Shown here: one piece after another, positions 28,531-37,322 of the stretch | Numbering within the stretch: the first letter of the stretch is position 1 | Layout: each line of letters starts with the position of its first letter | Origin: Polyangia bacterium | Lineage (GTDB): Bacteria; Myxococcota_A; Polyangia; Palsa-1104; JAEUJZ01 | Assembly (NCBI GenBank): GCA_046351615.1 | Contig: JAXLYF010000011.1 | Span: forward strand, 10,882-74,881 | Reading direction: 5' to 3' | DNA length: 64,000 bases | Notes under the pieces: generated by a model | Told to the model about the DNA's origin: nothing | Seen by the model: only the letters and a program-made list of their open reading frames with translations | The model's database searches: none | Made by a program: the position numbers and the translations under genes

Positions 28531-30438
28531 TTAGGCGGGCGGAGGTGGGACAACCACCGACGGTGCGCTCGGAGCCGAGGGAACAGCCGGAGCCGAGGGA
28601 GCAGCCGGAGCCGAGGGAGCAGCCGGAGCCGAGGGAGCAGCGGGAACTGCGGGAGCCGCCGGAGCCGAGGGAGCAGCCGGAGCCGAGGGCGCAGCGGGAG
28701 CCGCCGGAGCCGAGGGCGGAGTCGGAGCCGAGGGCGCAGCCGGAGCCGAGGGCGCAGCGGGAGCAGGCTGCTGGACCACGGGTGGTGGTGCAACTGGAAC
28801 GATCGCTGGCTCCTTCGCCGGAATCGCCGGAGCTGCGGTCTGATTTGCCGGAGCTGCGGTTTGATTTGCCGGAGCTGCGGTCTGATTTGCCGGAGCTGCG
28901 GTCTGATTTGCCGGAGCCGCGGTCTGATTTGCCGGAGCCACTGGGGCTTTGCGAATCACTGTCGGGCGAGCGGGCGGAATCAGCTTGAACTCGACGCGGC
29001 GGTTCTGCGCGCGTCCGGTTGCTTGGCCATTGTCTGCGACGGGTCGCGTCGAGCCATAGCCAACCGCTTGCAGCCGCGTCGCGTCCACGCCCTTGCTGAT
29101 GAGGTATGCCTTCACCGCGTCGGCACGAGCCTGCGATAGCGTCAGGTTGTCGTTGGGATTGCCGACGTTATCGGTGTGGCCTTGGACTTCGAGTCGCACC
29201 GTCGGCACTTCCGCCAGCGCGGCCACCGCCTGATCGAGCACGGTGAACGAGCTGGGCACCAGATCCGCCTTGTTTGGCAGGAACTGAACGCCTTCGATCT
29301 TCTTGTCGACAAAGCGCGCCAGACTGGACGGAACTTCGTCGGGGCAGCCGTCCTGATCTTGGTAGTTGTTGACGGTTTCCGACTGCTGCGGACATTTGTC
29401 GAGTCGATCGACGATGCCATCGCTGTCGGTGTCGATATCGGGGCAGCCTTGGTTGACCTGCGGGCCGATTTCCGTCGGGCACTTGTCGAGACGATCAACC
29501 ACGCCATCGCTGTCGGTATCGACGTCGGGGCAGCCGCCATTTTCCGTCGGACCGGCCTGCTGCGGACACTTGTCGAGTCGATCGACGATGCTGTCGCCAT
29601 CACCATCGCGATCGGGGCAGCCGCTGTTTTCCGTCGGGCCCTTTTCACTGGGACAGCGATCTTCTTTGTCGGGGATGCCGTCTTGATCGATGTCGATCGG
29701 CTTGGGCGGCTCGGCGGGCTTGTCGCTACCGAAGCCAAAGCGTCCGTAGACGCTGGCCAGTGCTTCGTAGTCGGGCGTAAAGCTCGGCGTCCGAATCTCG
29801 GGCACCAGCACGATGCGTCCGTCGACGCGCAGACCGACCCAGCGGTTCAGATCGAAGCGCATACCGGCGCCAGCGTGGAAGGCACCCAGCACTTCACTGC
29901 GCAGCGGCAGGCCGGGATCGGGACGAACACCAATGGCGCCACCACCGGCGAGGATGAACGGCTGGAAGCGATCGTTTCCGCCAAACGGCCAGCGGAACAT
30001 CAGGTGGCCTCGTCCGGTGTAGACGAGCACTTGCGCGGGCTTTTCGGCAAGCTGCGTCGGCATCGCGACGAACTCACCTTCGAGCAGGAAGTGTCGGCTG
30101 AGTCCGTAGCCGATGCGCGCACCGATCGCCGCGCTGTGACGGAGATCGCTGCCCGGTGCGGCATAGTCGCTGCGACCAAGTGCTGCCGTCGAAGAAAAGA
30201 AGTGCGCTCCGACGATGAGAGAGACCTCAAGCGGTCGTTCTGCGATGGTCACCGGGGTCGATGGCACCGCGGGGGCCGCTTTGCTGTCGGCGGGCTGCGC
30301 TTCTTCGGCCCTGACCAGGCCTTCAGACGAAGCTCCGAGGAGACAGAGTGCCACCGTCGGAACTGCTGCTTGCTTCCACAGCGGAAGCTGCCCGCTTGTC
30401 CGAATCCCAAGACGTCTTTGCGCCGCACGTCGCTGCAT
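28531..30438 (-). CDS. OmpA-family outer-membrane protein with N-terminal beta-barrel-like region, thrombospondin type-3 repeats, OmpA_C peptidoglycan-binding domain and Pro/Ala-rich repetitive C-terminal tail
   Basis: OmpA_C: VQGHTDNVGNPNDNLTLSQARADAVKAYL...GYGSTRPVADNGQATGRAQNRRVEF; TSP3: DQDGIPDKEDRCP, DRDGDGDSIVDRLDKCP, DVDTDSDGVVDRLDKCP, DIDTDSDGIVDRLDKCP; tail (PANQTAA)x6 and (PAAPSAP)n encoded by two distinct 21-bp DNA repeats (28545-28935); start at ATG 30438. Confidence 0.85.
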   Translation of the reverse strand: MQRRAAQRRLGIRTSGQLPLWKQAAVPTVALCLLGASSEGLVRAEEAQPADSKAAPAVPSTPVTIAERPLEVSLIVGAHFFSSTAALGRSDYAAPGSDLRHSAAIGARIGYGLSRHFLLEGEFVAMPTQLAEKPAQVLVYTGRGHLMFRWPFGGNDRFQPFILAGGGAIGVRPDPGLPLRSEVLGAFHAGAGMRFDLNRWVGLRVDGRIVLVPEIRTPSFTPDYEALASVYGRFGFGSDKPAEPPKPIDIDQDGIPDKEDRCPSEKGPTENSGCPDRDGDGDSIVDRLDKCPQQAGPTENGGCPDVDTDSDGVVDRLDKCPTEIGPQVNQGCPDIDTDSDGIVDRLDKCPQQSETVNNYQDQDGCPDEVPSSLARFVDKKIEGVQFLPNKADLVPSSFTVLDQAVAALAEVPTVRLEVQGHTDNVGNPNDNLTLSQARADAVKAYLISKGVDATRLQAVGYGSTRPVADNGQATGRAQNRRVEFKLIPPARPTVIRKAPVAPANQTAAPANQTAAPANQTAAPANQTAAPANQTAAPAIPAKEPAIVPVAPPPVVQQPAPAAPSAPAAPSAPTPPSAPAAPAAPSAPAAPSAPAAPAVPAAPSAPAAPSAPAAPSAPAVPSAPSAPSVVVPPPPA

Positions 30439-30607
30439 GTACGTAAACTCCGAACCAGCCAAGTGAAAGTGGGCGCATCCTAGCAGCCGCTCGAAGGTGT
30501 GTAAACGCGCTCGTACCGGCGAAATCAAGACGGGCTGTGGCGCGGAATGCGGCGGAATTTGGCAGAACGTGGGCGAATTGGGCCAAAAAGGCCGATTTTT
30601 GCGGGGC

Positions 30608-31465
30608 TTACTTGAGCGGAATCGTCAGGCCAAGCTGTAGGCTGGCGGGCATAACGCTGATGGGGAAGCAGACCTCGCCGTCGAGCTTGTCGCAGTCGGA
30701 TCGGCGGGACAGCACGATGGGCGTGACGATGGCGGCGGCGACTCCGCTGGCTCCGACGGCGGCGAGCGTCCACACCCACCAGCGGGAATACCAGCGCTTT
30801 TCGGTCTTGAAGACGGCTTCTTCGCGGCGCTTTTGCTCGGGCTGGATTTCGAGGATGAGGTCGCGATCGTACTGCTCTCCAGCGACGGTGGCGACGCTCC
30901 AGGTCTGCTCGAAGTAGCCGATGCGACGGACGCGAACGACGTGGGGACCGGGACGTAGCTCTAGCTCTAGCGGGGTTTCGCCTCGAAGATCTTCGTCGAC
31001 AAAGACCTGAGCGCCGGGGACATCGCTCGATACCTTGAGGATGGCGAGCAGCGGCGTAAGCTCCACCTCGACGGCAACCATGCGGCCTTCGATCGCGGTA
31101 AAATCGGAGCTGAAGGTCGAATAGCCTCGGCGGCTGATCACGATCTGGTGCGGTCCGGGCGCGAGCGCGGTGCGAGGCGGGAGCGGGGTGATTCCGATCA
31201 GCTTTCCGTCGATGCGAACCTCTGCTTTGGGGGGCGCACCAAGGAGCGCAAACGCGGTCTCGTTTTGCTTGGCTTCGCTTGGGACGGGCGCACCAGATCG
31301 GGTCGCAGGCTGATCGGCAGCGACGGGAGCGGGCGCACCAGACTGGGCCCAGACGGGCAGCGCGGGCACAAGCAGCGTCAGTGCACAGGCGACAGCGAGT
31401 CCGGTTCGGTGGGAAAACCGCCAGCGATCGTGCGTCCGTTCGGAGCGACCCATGCGTGCGGGCAT
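30608..31465 (-). CDS. PEGA-domain protein with signal peptide and C-terminal TM anchor
   Basis: Two PEGA-like modules (EVRIDGKLIGITP...GPHQIVISRRGY and QVFVDEDLRGETP...GPHVVRVRRIGY); signal LAVACALTLLVPALPVWAQ; C-terminal TM WWVWTLAAVGASGVAAAIV. Confidence 0.7.
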   Translation of the reverse strand: MPARMGRSERTHDRWRFSHRTGLAVACALTLLVPALPVWAQSGAPAPVAADQPATRSGAPVPSEAKQNETAFALLGAPPKAEVRIDGKLIGITPLPPRTALAPGPHQIVISRRGYSTFSSDFTAIEGRMVAVEVELTPLLAILKVSSDVPGAQVFVDEDLRGETPLELELRPGPHVVRVRRIGYFEQTWSVATVAGEQYDRDLILEIQPEQKRREEAVFKTEKRWYSRWWVWTLAAVGASGVAAAIVTPIVLSRRSDCDKLDGEVCFPISVMPASLQLGLTIPLK

Positions 31466-31493
31466 CAGTGATTATTTTGTCATGTTGGTAATG

Positions 31494-31510
31494 AATCTCA
31501 CAATGAGATT
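31494..31510. promoter_or_regulatory. Perfect 7-bp inverted repeat AATCTCA-caa-TGAGATT in the AT-rich divergent promoter region between the PEGA gene and the A/K/D-rich gene
   Basis: Read directly; surrounding 120 bp is unusually AT-rich (ttattttgtcatgttggtaatg..., ttaattggtaagataaattactttaaattg). Confidence 0.3.
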
Positions 31511-31657
31511 GCAGCTCCGTCCCTAGGTGGGATTGTCAGCACTTGTCGGCGTTGTCTATTAATTGGTAAGATAAATTACTTTAAATTGCGTTCCTCCTCT
31601 GGGAGGGCGGGCGAGGACAGTGTTCGCGGGGACGCAGCGGCACTGTCGGGGGGACCG

Positions 31658-32185
31658 ATGGCGGACATCAAGCGTGAGATCCGAACGCTGGGGCAGCGGC
31701 TCTCGGGGCTGACGGCGGGCAACAAGTATACGTTTGTGCTCAAGCGGCCCAATGTGCGCGTCGACGTGGTCAATGCCGAGCGCGCGATTGAGCTTTCTTC
31801 GACGCAAGTGAGTGCGATTCGCAAGCTGCTGGCGGACCTGGAGCAGGCTCGCGACGATGCGATGCGCGGCAGCGTCGATTCGGCCAAGGGCAAGCTGTCG
31901 GCGGCGCGGGCGGTGGCCAAAGACATCGTCAAAGCGGTGTCGGATGCCAAAGAGTTTGCGCTGCGAGCGACGGAAGATGCCAAAGACGCGCATGCCGATG
32001 TCAAAGATGCGTATTCCGCCGCGAAAGATGGCGCAGAGCATGCCGTCGGAGTGGCCGAAAACCTGATGACGGGCCTGGGCGACGTGGTGAAGGCGGTGGC
32101 AGCGCTGGTGATCGAGGCCGAGACGAGCGCGCCTCCAGCGACGGCACCGAGCACGGCAACGGGAAGTCCGCCAAGTGCTCAGTAG
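31658..32185 (+). CDS. Small Ala/Lys/Asp-rich helical protein (175 aa) of unknown function
   Basis: Start at MADIKREIRTLGQ; repeated DAKD/AKD motifs (SDAKEFALRATEDAKDAHADVKDAYSAAKDGAEH), predicted amphipathic helices; Pro/Thr/Ala-rich tail. Confidence 0.55.
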   Translation: MADIKREIRTLGQRLSGLTAGNKYTFVLKRPNVRVDVVNAERAIELSSTQVSAIRKLLADLEQARDDAMRGSVDSAKGKLSAARAVAKDIVKAVSDAKEFALRATEDAKDAHADVKDAYSAAKDGAEHAVGVAENLMTGLGDVVKAVAALVIEAETSAPPATAPSTATGSPPSAQ

Positions 32186-32231
32186 CGACGGGCGGGGCGC
32201 TTCGACAAATCGCTAGATACGGGGAATCGCG

Positions 32232-35200
32232 ATGGACGTAAATCAGCAGCTTGCTTCGGTTCGATCGGATGTGGACAAGGTCAGCAAAAAGACCATCGAC
32301 GAGCTGAACAAGGTCGCCGCCGAGGGACTTCAGACGGTTCAAAACGTCGCCGCTGGCGTGGAAAAAGTGCAGGGCAAGGTCGCCGCCGACGCGAAGACGG
32401 CGCTGTCGGAGGCCAAGACGGCGGTCGAAAAGGCCAAGTCGGACGTCAAGCAGGCGGTCGAAAAGGTCAAAAAGGTCGTCGACAACGCGCAGCAGTCGGT
32501 GCAAAAGACGGCAGCGTCGGGCGCGCTCGGTGTGATCGGCAAGATCCAGGGCGCGGTAACGAAGATCACCGGGGCGATCTCGTCGTACAAAGACACGATC
32601 GTCAACGCGATCGACAAGGTGAAGTCGACGGTGGCGGGGGTCGTCGGGCCGCTGATCGACAAGGCAAAGGCGGCGCTGGCGAACATCGAGGCGAGGCTGC
32701 GACAGCTCGTCGAGATGGCAATGGCGGCGTTTGCGGACATCAAAGCGAAGGTCGAAAAGGTGATCGCGGATGTCTCGACGTGCTTTGAGGTGCTGAGCAC
32801 GGCGGGTCCGGCGGCGTTTGAGCACGCGAAGCAGGCGATCGCGGCGGCGAAAGAAGCGGCGCAGGCGGCAAGCAAGCGTGACTTTTTGCTGGCGAAGAAC
32901 CGAGCGGAAGACGCGCAAAAAGCAGCGATGTCGGCGGTGAGCGAGGGTCAGCAGTGCTTCGATGCGATCAAGCGGCTGATCGGCGGCCTGGCAGTGGCTG
33001 CGGATGGTCTGTCGTCGAGCTTGAAGCGGCATCTGGAAGCGGCTCAGTCGGCGGCGAAGGAAGCGCTGGCTGCGACGCGCGAAGATGTGACGGGCGTGGT
33101 GTCGCAAGCGAAGGCGGGCGCGGCAGAGATTCGTGGTGCGGTGGACGCGGGCGTCAGTGAGATCTCGACGGCGACGCAGGCTACGGCGCAGAAGATCTCG
33201 CAGATTGTGACGGTGACGGCGAGCGCAGCGGCGAAGCAAGCGGTGGATACGGCGCGCAGCATCGTGTCGGAGATCGAGAGCACGGCGGGCGAGCTGCGAG
33301 GGATCGCGCTGGAGACGATGAGCAAGGTGAGCGAGACGGCTCATCAGCTGGACGTGCCGGGTCCGTCGGTGGATGATCTGCAAAAGACGGTGACGGACGC
33401 GATGTCGCAGCAGGACGACGCGCGGACGAAGCTGCAAAAGATTCAGCAGCTTCAGGGCAAGCTGGCTGGGCTGTCGTGGGCAGAGCTGGGTCCGGTCGGT
33501 CAAGAAGTCCAGGCCGAGGTAAACAAGATCGTCGGTGCGGGTCAGCGGACGCTCGATTCGGCGCGCAGCTTTGCGGGCAGCGTCAAGAGCACGGTGACGC
33601 AGCTTGGATCGGACGTGACGACGGCGATCACCCAGCGGGTGGATCAGTGGAAAGGCGTCGGTGAGTCGGCGCAGAAGCTGTTTAACGAAACCAAGGACAA
33701 GGTCAAAAAGCACGTCGACGAGATCAAGGCGGAGATCGACTCGATCATCAAAGATGCGCAAAAGTGCGTCGATGAGCTGAAAAAGTCCGTCGAGGACTTG
33801 GTCCAGAGCGTAAAAGACGGCATCGAGAAGGCAAAGAACCTCGATGTGAGCGGCGCGATGGACGTGGTGGTGAAGGCGAAGAACCTGTTCGAGACAGGCA
33901 AGCGTCACTGGGACACGATGCGCGGTCACTTCGAGAAGATGAAGGCGCACGTTCTGTCGGTGAAAGACACGGTCGACGGGGTGGTCGGTCAAGCGGGCGA
34001 CGTGATCGAGCAGGCGAAAGGTGCGTTCCAGAGCACGATCGATGCGCCAAAGGAAGTGGCGGGGCTGGTGAAGTCGGCGTCGGAAAAGCTGCTCGGGGAC
34101 GCCAATCAGACGATGGCGACGGCGCAGGCCGAGTTCAAGACGGCGATGGCGGGCGCGAGCAAGCTGCTGGATCTGGCGAGCTGTACTTCGTCGTCGACGG
34201 TGCAGATGGGAATTTCGGCGGCGAGCAGCCTGGCGCAGAGCGCGGTCAACGCGGGCAAGTCGGCGATGGCGGCGGGTCAAGGCGTGATGGCGACGGCGAT
34301 GAGCGCGGTCGGTGTGTTCGACGAAAACGCGCGAAAGCAGGCGGCCAAGGCGTGTGACTCGGCGATGGATGCAGCGAAGTCGGCGCTCAAGGCAGTAGAA
34401 GACGCTGCGAAGGCGACGGACAAGGTCGCAAGTGGCGATGCGGCGGGGGCTCAGCAAGCGGCGGCGCAGGTCGAACAAAAAGCGGCGGACGCGGCGGGTC
34501 AAGCAGCGAAGGCGCAGAAAGAAGCGAGCGCGGCGGAACAGAACGCGAAGCAAGCGGCGGCGGATTCCACCAATCCCGATGCGGTGGAAAAGAAGCAGCA
34601 GGAAAAGAAGGGCGAAGCGGGCGCGAAAAAAGACGGCGCGCAGGCGGATGCCAAAAAAGACGGCGCGAAGGCGGGCGACGAAAAGAAAGACGCTGCGGAC
34701 AGCAAGGGCGCGGGCGACGAAAAGAAAGACGCTGCGGGCGACGGCAAAGCGGACGCGAAGGCGGATGGCGCGAAGGACGGGGCTCCTGGAGCGGATGCGA
34801 AGGGAGACGGCAAAGCGGACGCGAAGGCGGACGCGAAAGCAGACGGAGCGAAAGACGGGGCGCCTGGAGCGGATGCGAAGGGAGACGGCAAAGCGGACGC
34901 GAAGGCGGACGCGAAGGCGGATGGCGCGAAGGACGGGGCTCCTGGAGCGGATGCGAAGGGAGACGGACTGCCTGGAGCGGACGCGAAGGGAGACGGAGCG
35001 AAGCTTCCTGAAGGAAAAGGAGCGGACGCAAAGGGAGACGGACTACCCGGAGCGGACGCGAAGGGAGACGGAGCGAAGCTTCCTGAAGGAAAAGGAGCGG
35101 ACGCAAAGGGAGACGGACTGCCCGGAGCGGACGCAAAGGGAGACGGAGCGAAGCTTCCTGAAGGAAAAGGAGCGGACGCAAAGGGAGACGGACTGCCCGG

Positions 35201-35771
35201 AGCGGACGCGAAGGGAGACGGAGCGAAGCTTCCTGAAGGAAAGGGAGCAGAGGGCGGGAAGCTTCCAGAAGGAAAGGGAGCAGAGGGCGGGAAGCTTCCA
35301 GAAGGAAAGGGAGCAGAGGGCGGGAAGCTTCCAGAAGGAAAGGGAGCAGAGGGCGGGAAACTTCCAGAAGGAAAGGGAGCAGAGGGCGGGAAGCTTCCAG
35401 AAGGAAAGGGAGCAGAGGGCGGGAAGCTTCCTGAAGGAAAGGGAGCAGAGGGCGGGAAGCTTCCTGAAGGAAAGGGAGCAGAGGGCGGGAAGCTGCCGGG
35501 ACGCAGTCAGCCTGCTCCGGCTGGCGGACAGCCAGGAGGTGCTCCAGCGGGTGATGCGAAGAGCGCGGCTCAGCCTGTTCCGTCAGCACCGGGAAATGCG
35601 CCTGCGGGTCGGGATAACGGCGGAATTCTGTCGAATGCGGGCAAGGCGGGTGGGGCGGCTCCAGCAGGAGGCACAGCGGCGGGCGGCAAGTCGTCGGCAG
35701 CCGGTGGCAGCGCCAAGGATGCGGCCAAGAAGACCGATCCGCTCAGCAAGCGTCCAGTGTGGAAACCGTAA
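32232..35771 (+). CDS. Giant (1179 aa) Ala/Lys/Val/Gln-rich alpha-helical repeat protein with highly repetitive Gly/Asp/Lys-rich C-terminus; unknown function
   Basis: First ~800 aa of 11-mer-like amphipathic helix sequence (KVAADAKTALSEAKTAVEKAKSDVKQAVEKVKKVV...); no signal peptide; C-terminus: 20-aa repeats ADAKGDGKADAKADAKADGAKDGAPG x3, 25-aa repeats DAKGDGLPGADAKGDGAKLPEGKGA x4, 11-aa repeats AEGGKLPEGKG x8. Confidence 0.75.
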   Translation: MDVNQQLASVRSDVDKVSKKTIDELNKVAAEGLQTVQNVAAGVEKVQGKVAADAKTALSEAKTAVEKAKSDVKQAVEKVKKVVDNAQQSVQKTAASGALGVIGKIQGAVTKITGAISSYKDTIVNAIDKVKSTVAGVVGPLIDKAKAALANIEARLRQLVEMAMAAFADIKAKVEKVIADVSTCFEVLSTAGPAAFEHAKQAIAAAKEAAQAASKRDFLLAKNRAEDAQKAAMSAVSEGQQCFDAIKRLIGGLAVAADGLSSSLKRHLEAAQSAAKEALAATREDVTGVVSQAKAGAAEIRGAVDAGVSEISTATQATAQKISQIVTVTASAAAKQAVDTARSIVSEIESTAGELRGIALETMSKVSETAHQLDVPGPSVDDLQKTVTDAMSQQDDARTKLQKIQQLQGKLAGLSWAELGPVGQEVQAEVNKIVGAGQRTLDSARSFAGSVKSTVTQLGSDVTTAITQRVDQWKGVGESAQKLFNETKDKVKKHVDEIKAEIDSIIKDAQKCVDELKKSVEDLVQSVKDGIEKAKNLDVSGAMDVVVKAKNLFETGKRHWDTMRGHFEKMKAHVLSVKDTVDGVVGQAGDVIEQAKGAFQSTIDAPKEVAGLVKSASEKLLGDANQTMATAQAEFKTAMAGASKLLDLASCTSSSTVQMGISAASSLAQSAVNAGKSAMAAGQGVMATAMSAVGVFDENARKQAAKACDSAMDAAKSALKAVEDAAKATDKVASGDAAGAQQAAAQVEQKAADAAGQAAKAQKEASAAEQNAKQAAADSTNPDAVEKKQQEKKGEAGAKKDGAQADAKKDGAKAGDEKKDAADSKGAGDEKKDAAGDGKADAKADGAKDGAPGADAKGDGKADAKADAKADGAKDGAPGADAKGDGKADAKADAKADGAKDGAPGADAKGDGLPGADAKGDGAKLPEGKGADAKGDGLPGADAKGDGAKLPEGKGADAKGDGLPGADAKGDGAKLPEGKGADAKGDGLPGADAKGDGAKLPEGKGAEGGKLPEGKGAEGGKLPEGKGAEGGKLPEGKGAEGGKLPEGKGAEGGKLPEGKGAEGGKLPEGKGAEGGKLPEGKGAEGGKLPGRSQPAPAGGQPGGAPAGDAKSAAQPVPSAPGNAPAGRDNGGILSNAGKAGGAAPAGGTAAGGKSSAAGGSAKDAAKKTDPLSKRPVWKP
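34738..35500 (+). repeat. In-frame coding tandem repeats: 60-bp units (x3), 75-bp units (x4), then 33-bp units gaaggaaagggagcagagggcgggaagcttcca (x8-9)
   Basis: Direct reading of DNA 34738-35500; produces long antisense shadow ORFs (34387..35589, 34432..35979). Confidence 0.85.
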
Positions 35772-35845
35772 GGCTTCATCGTCGAGGAACATCGCCGCAG
35801 ATGTGGCACGAGTGGTTCATATCGGACGGAGCGAGGGAGGGCTAG

Positions 35846-36922
35846 ATGCGCTGGCTGCTGAAAGCCTCTGCCGAGGGTCTGTCGCTAGAGCCTGCACCGA
35901 GCTTCGGGAACGCGGCAGATGTCGAGCTGCTGCTGCGTCGGTTTTCGACCAACCGGGCGGCGATGCAGACGCTGCGTGAGGCGGTGCGTACCGTCGATGC
36001 GGCGGTGCAGACGCTGCTTCTGCGTGATGAGGAGATCATTCGCGTGGCGGCGGCTCTGATCGTCGCTGGACGGCTGACGTTGGTTCCTCCGCAGCCTGCG
36101 CCGCTGTTCCCGGTCTTCTACTACAAGGGTGGGGCAAAGGAAGACGAGGGAGAGGAATCGCAGCCAGAGAGCAGCAAGCCCGCCGACAGCAGCAACGATA
36201 CGGCCAAGGTTCCGATCGAGTGGGAGCTGGTGTTTTCAGACGGACCGGCGGTCAAGGGCTTTGTCTCGATGTTCGAGGGGCCCGATGGAAAGCCCCAAAA
36301 GGAGCTGAAGCCCGACGGAAACGGTCATCACAAGCTGGATGACTTTTGGCGACATGATCCGTATGCCGTCACGCTGGTTGGCACTGTCGAGGTGAGCGGA
36401 AAGCTGGAAGATGCCGATGGAAAAGGCATCAAGGACGCGAAGATCACCGTCGAGCCCGTGTATGGCGATGCGGTGATTGCAACCACCGACGGTGGCGGTA
36501 CGTTCAAGGTCAAAGGCTTTGTCGAAGAAGAAGAGTTCGATGTCTTCATCACGGCGGGTGGTGTCGCGATCGAAGGGAAGCTGCAAGACGAGGACGGAAA
36601 AGCCGTAGCGGGTGCGTCGCTGTTGCTGCTGCTGGATGGTGGATCACTCGTATCAGTGGAAACTGGCAAAGATGGAACCTTCACGGTGCCCGGTCGCCTG
36701 CCGGGCGAAGGCTTTTCCGTCGAGGTGGTGGGCGTCAATCCCGGGTTTTCTGCCGAGGGTCAGTTTGTCGATGAAGAGGGCAAGCCGATCGCGGGAGCCA
36801 GTGCGCGGCTTCTGTTCGATGGCGGGCTGACTGTGACGGTTGCCAGCGATGGAGATGGCAAGTTCAAAGTGCCAGGTCTTCTGCCGCAAGAAGGCTATTC
36901 GCTGGAGTTTCTGAGTCGCTAG
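35846..36922 (+). CDS. Protein with three tandem CarboxypepD_reg-like (carboxypeptidase regulatory-like, beta-sandwich) repeats and an unknown ~110-aa N-terminal domain
   Basis: Repeats: VSGKLEDADGKGIKDAKITVEPVYGDAVIATTDGGGTFKVKGF; IEGKLQDEDGKAVAGASLLLLLDGGSLVSVETGKDGTFTVPG; AEGQFVDEEGKPIAGASARLLFDGGLTVTVASDGDGKFKVPG; acidic linker EDEGEESQPESSKPADSS. Confidence 0.65.
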   Translation: MRWLLKASAEGLSLEPAPSFGNAADVELLLRRFSTNRAAMQTLREAVRTVDAAVQTLLLRDEEIIRVAAALIVAGRLTLVPPQPAPLFPVFYYKGGAKEDEGEESQPESSKPADSSNDTAKVPIEWELVFSDGPAVKGFVSMFEGPDGKPQKELKPDGNGHHKLDDFWRHDPYAVTLVGTVEVSGKLEDADGKGIKDAKITVEPVYGDAVIATTDGGGTFKVKGFVEEEEFDVFITAGGVAIEGKLQDEDGKAVAGASLLLLLDGGSLVSVETGKDGTFTVPGRLPGEGFSVEVVGVNPGFSAEGQFVDEEGKPIAGASARLLFDGGLTVTVASDGDGKFKVPGLLPQEGYSLEFLSR

Positions 36923-36958
36923 CAGCGTCGCTCTGTTGCTCAGATGCGGGCGCGTGGA

Positions 36959-36987
36959 CAAAAGAGTCATGGAAAAGGACTCTTTTG
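36959..36987 (+). terminator. AT-rich perfect palindrome CAAAAGAGTC-atggaaaag-GACTCTTTTG (10-bp stem) 37 bp after the 35846..36922 stop; candidate bidirectional terminator or protein-binding site
   Basis: Read directly; conspicuous in a 65% GC genome. Confidence 0.35.
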
Positions 36988-37293
36988 GCGGCAGGCTGTG
37001 GTCCGTTTGGGAGTCTGCTTGGGAGTCCGCGTCAGAAGTGCGCAGGAGGCCCTGTGATGAGCCCAGTTGTGCGTCCAGTTGTGCGTCGTTTTGGGGGCTT
37101 ATCATTCGCTGCATGCGGGTGAGAGATCCTTCTTCAATGGACGGCCATGAAGGCTGCGGTGACACCCTGTAGGAATCGGGCGCACCGTCGCGCAGGCGGA
37201 TTGTGAGTACAGTTCTCAACTGCATCGCGAACGCAAACAATCTTGCGCGCATAGCGTCCGCTTCCCGCTTCCATACACTCGGTACATGGCGCT

Positions 37294-37299
37294 ATAATG
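37294..37299 (+). promoter_or_regulatory. TATAAT hexamer ~25-35 bp upstream of the likely tssJ start; candidate -10 element for the T6SS operon
   Basis: ggcgcTATAATgtgacc; weak -35 TTCCAT 18 bp upstream. Confidence 0.2.
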
Positions 37300-37322
37300 T
37301 GACCTTGGGGGAGCAACTCGAA

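Noticed and set aside
32001-34553. 850-aa minus-strand ORF (Arg/Leu/His-rich) antisense to the A/K-rich giant gene
   Set aside because: Composition typical of an antisense shadow ORF in GC-rich repetitive coding DNA; the plus-strand gene has coherent repeat architecture.
34387-35589. 400-aa minus-strand ORF and 34432..35979 plus-strand alternative-frame ORF over the repeat block
   Set aside because: Generated by the 33/60/75-bp tandem repeats being open in several frames; low-complexity nonsense translations.
36936-37172. 78-aa ORF in the CarboxypepD_reg/tssJ intergenic region
   Set aside because: Short, no RBS or motif; region better explained as regulatory (palindrome, TATAAT).
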